Origin: Vulcanimicrobiota bacterium
GTDB taxonomy: Bacteria; Vulcanimicrobiota; Xenobia; Xenobiales; JADMJV01
DNA: 64,000 nt
Direction of reading: 5' to 3'
NCBI GenBank assembly: GCA_050250895.1
Contig: JBFWNU010000001.1
Coordinates: 2,468,891-2,532,890 of the forward strand
Shown here: positions 62,151 to 64,000 of the stretch, one piece after another
Layout: each line of letters starts with the position of its first letter
Numbering within the stretch: the stretch's first letter is position 1
Notes under the pieces: generated by a model
What the model was told of the DNA's origin: nothing
The model's input: the letters and a program-made list of their open reading frames with translations, nothing else
Database searches by the model: none
Made by a program: the position numbers and the translations under genes

Positions 62151-62166
62151 CCACGGCCAGCCAGCG

Positions 62167-62235
62167 AAACAAAATTTGAAATAGGGGTTGACACCGGCAA
62201 ATATCAGTCGTATACTCTCAACAGCAAATATTGCT
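62167..62235 (+). promoter_or_regulatory. Strong sigma70 promoter with UP-like tract and operator-like GCAAATAT repeats
   Basis: TTGACA (62188)-N17-TATACT (62211); GCAAATAT at 62197 and 62224; AGCAA-ATA-TTGCT dyad at 62223-62235. Confidence 0.85.
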
Positions 62236-62251
62236 AAAGCAGCGAAGAACT

Positions 62252-62392
62252 ATGTATCTCGATAACACCAACATAATGATCGAAAGCCCGTTTACGGGCT
62301 GCTCGTCCCACGTCCCCGGCAAACCCGGCGTTATGCGGCGCGGTTGGGAACTAGGACAAACTCGATCGATGGCAGGGGTGCAAGCCTTGTAA
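62252..62392 (+). CDS. Candidate leader peptide (46 aa, MYLDNTNIMIESP...MAGVQAL)
   Basis: ORF inside the 5' leader, ending 27 nt before the terminator hairpin; weak SD. Confidence 0.35.
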   Translation: MYLDNTNIMIESPFTGCSSHVPGKPGVMRRGWELGQTRSMAGVQAL

Positions 62393-62419
62393 AAATGGGC
62401 TTGAATATCGGTTCCGCCG

Positions 62420-62460
62420 AAACCCGCCACTGCCGCGACTATCGCCCTGGCGGGTTTTTT
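62420..62460 (+). terminator. Intrinsic terminator in the 5' leader (attenuator)
   Basis: AAACCCGCCA...TGGCGGGTTTTTT between the promoter and the first gene's SD. Confidence 0.75.
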
Positions 62461-62482
62461 AATTCAACAAAGGAGAACAAAG

Positions 62483-62689
62483 ATGATGACCATTCACGTG
62501 CGTTTTGAGGGCAAGAGCTTTGATCTCGACGGCCGGAACCTGAGCCTGAACACTCAGGCCAGCGACCGCGAGATTCGCAACAGCTTGGCTCGTTACCTGG
62601 AGGTCGAGGTCGGTCGCTTCCAGGACTACGTAATCGACCGGCGTCCTAGCGGCGCTGTGGTCGTGCGACCCGAAGCCGTCTACGGCTAA
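62483..62689 (+). CDS. Small ubiquitin-like (beta-grasp-like) protein ending in Gly
   Basis: SD AAGGAG; beta-beta-alpha-beta-beta pattern; C-terminal VRPEAVYG. Confidence 0.65.
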   Translation: MMTIHVRFEGKSFDLDGRNLSLNTQASDREIRNSLARYLEVEVGRFQDYVIDRRPSGAVVVRPEAVYG

Positions 62690-62819
62690 CTCCGAGCAAC
62701 CCCAACGGGTCGCTGGTTCGGTTCGCCTCCCCCTCCTGTAGCCGAACCACAGACTGACCATGCCAACCCTCGATGTGGGGTGCCCGGGTTCGCCCGGGCA
62801 CCCCGGCCCAAAAGTCTTA

Positions 62820-62979
62820 TCGCTTCGCGACCCTATCTCTGAAGCTTACATACCTCTTGAAGAGCAGTTTGATCGAAAGATCCTGTAGGTTCGAATCCTA
62901 CCAACTCGACTATCGAGTTGTGGCGAAATTGGTAAACGCGACTGTTGGTTACTGCGCTTTAGTAACTTGCGCGAAGCGA
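62820..62979 (+). ncRNA. Y-RNA (YrlA)-like RNA 1 with circularly permuted tRNA-Leu-like domain
   Basis: Terminal stem TCGCTTCGCG/CGCGAAGCGA; variable arm, T-arm GTAGG-TTCGAAT-CCTAC, loop-closed acceptor, then D-arm GCG-AAATTGGTAAA-CGC. Confidence 0.8.
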
Positions 62980-62987
62980 CATTCTTT

Positions 62988-63150
62988 GTCCCGGTCGGGC
63001 CGCGCGCCCTTACCGATGAAGCATACATACTGGTAAAAACGACTTCCAATCGTTAGTAGGTTCGAATCCTGCCACCTCCACCACATGGGGGTGTGCAACG
63101 GGCCGCAAGGCCCACTGCTTTGTGAACTCGCGCGATGGCCTGGTCGGGAC
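62988..63150 (+). ncRNA. Y-RNA-like RNA 2 with permuted Ala/tmRNA-type acceptor domain
   Basis: 14-bp terminal stem; T-arm GTAGG-TTCGAAT-CCTGC; CACCTCC-A-CCA joined to GGGGGTG; same scaffold motifs as RNA 1. Confidence 0.75.
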
Positions 63151-63160
63151 TATTTTTGCA

Positions 63161-63383
63161 GAACGGAGGTGCACGAGATGAGACATAACCTGGGGAACAT
63201 GTGGGGCGATCGCTCCGGCGTGCGCCCGCCCATCTTCTATCCGACCGCAGGTCGCGGTTGAGTTGACCCGCCTGGTCCCGTAGGGAAGGGCGAGCAGAAT
63301 AGGGGTTCGACTCCCCCCATCCCGAGCCACCGGGGTGGTCCCGTGGGTGGCGGGTAGCACTCGTCCAGGCAGGCATCCAGTTC
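63161..63383 (+). ncRNA. Third structured RNA with permuted T-arm/acceptor module (boundaries uncertain)
   Basis: GGGG-TTCGACT-CCCC, CATCCCG-AGCCAC-CGGGGTG, enclosed by ACCCGCC/GGCGGGT. Confidence 0.5.
63178..63261 (+). CDS. Candidate 27-aa peptide MRHNLGNMWGDRSGVRPPIFYPTAGRG
   Basis: SD GGAGGT 7 nt before ATG. Confidence 0.3.
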   Translation: MRHNLGNMWGDRSGVRPPIFYPTAGRG

Positions 63384-63400
63384 GATTTTAGGAGGCCCTC

Positions 63401-63553
63401 GTGGCGATACGACGACGCGTCGTTGCCGGGCGGCCCCTGGCTCACCGATACAATCACCAGCGTTGGACCAGCACCTGGCAGTTAACCAGGCAGCGCGAGC
63501 TCGTCTATCGTTTGGTCAGGGCCAGGCGCCGTCCGCGCCGACGCACACCATGA
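63401..63553 (+). CDS. Candidate 50-aa Arg-rich peptide
   Basis: SD AGGAGG 5 nt before GTG; 16 of 50 residues are Arg. Confidence 0.45.
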   Translation: MAIRRRVVAGRPLAHRYNHQRWTSTWQLTRQRELVYRLVRARRRPRRRTP

Positions 63554-63629
63554 GAGACGGTCGCCGCTAGACGGCAGACCGTAGAGAGTTTCCGGGAACG
63601 GCCACGGCCCGCGCCGGGCAGAGTTATGA

Positions 63630-64000
<371 letters not shown>

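Noticed and set aside
60812-62237. Multiple 290-460 aa ORFs on both strands
   Set aside because: Stop-free frames caused by the GC-rich, strand-biased repeat; no credible starts or domains
63056-63100. The organism's ssrA (two-piece tmRNA) gene
   Set aside because: The acceptor matches, but the following TCGAC motif, pseudoknots and a tag frame ending in AA are not visible; the element is enclosed in a ~160-nt scaffold
62863-63337. Canonical tRNA genes
   Set aside because: Arms are in permuted order and the acceptor ends are joined by loops; none forms a linear cloverleaf

Overview
High-GC bacterial chromosome segment, mostly housekeeping and envelope genes: a glycan-sulfation cluster, acs, an ECF sigma/anti-sigma pair, mtnA, holA, a CarD paralogue, manA, dusA, a fused glyQS, ppdK and several type IV (pre)pilin loci. 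The pilin signature AILVPNFIRARARGQLTACKxNLKNIG suggests Vulcanimicrobiota/Eremiobacterota, but that is my recollection and is unchecked. The standout is the last ~1.8 kb (62167-64000), which the ORF track largely misses. It starts with a consensus sigma70 promoter carrying a repeated operator-like motif, then an attenuator-like leader. These are followed by a small Gly-terminated ubiquitin-like (beta-grasp-like) protein and an array of three structured RNAs containing circularly permuted tRNA mimics (YrlA/Y-RNA topology). One mimic is Leu-like, one has an Ala/tmRNA-type G3.U70 acceptor plus a Gly-type anticodon loop, and one sits next to a short ORF. An Arg-rich peptide and the truncated start of a probable Ro60/TROVE-like protein close the window. 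A 1.1-kb REP-like mosaic repeat lies just upstream. Other oddities are a membrane protein fusing FliG-N and FlhA-C domains, recurrent leaderless-gene architecture (TANNNT-N6-start), candidate small RNAs at ~14.9-15.2 kb, and a CarD lacking its Trp wedge. All family calls come from manual motif reading; no searches were run.
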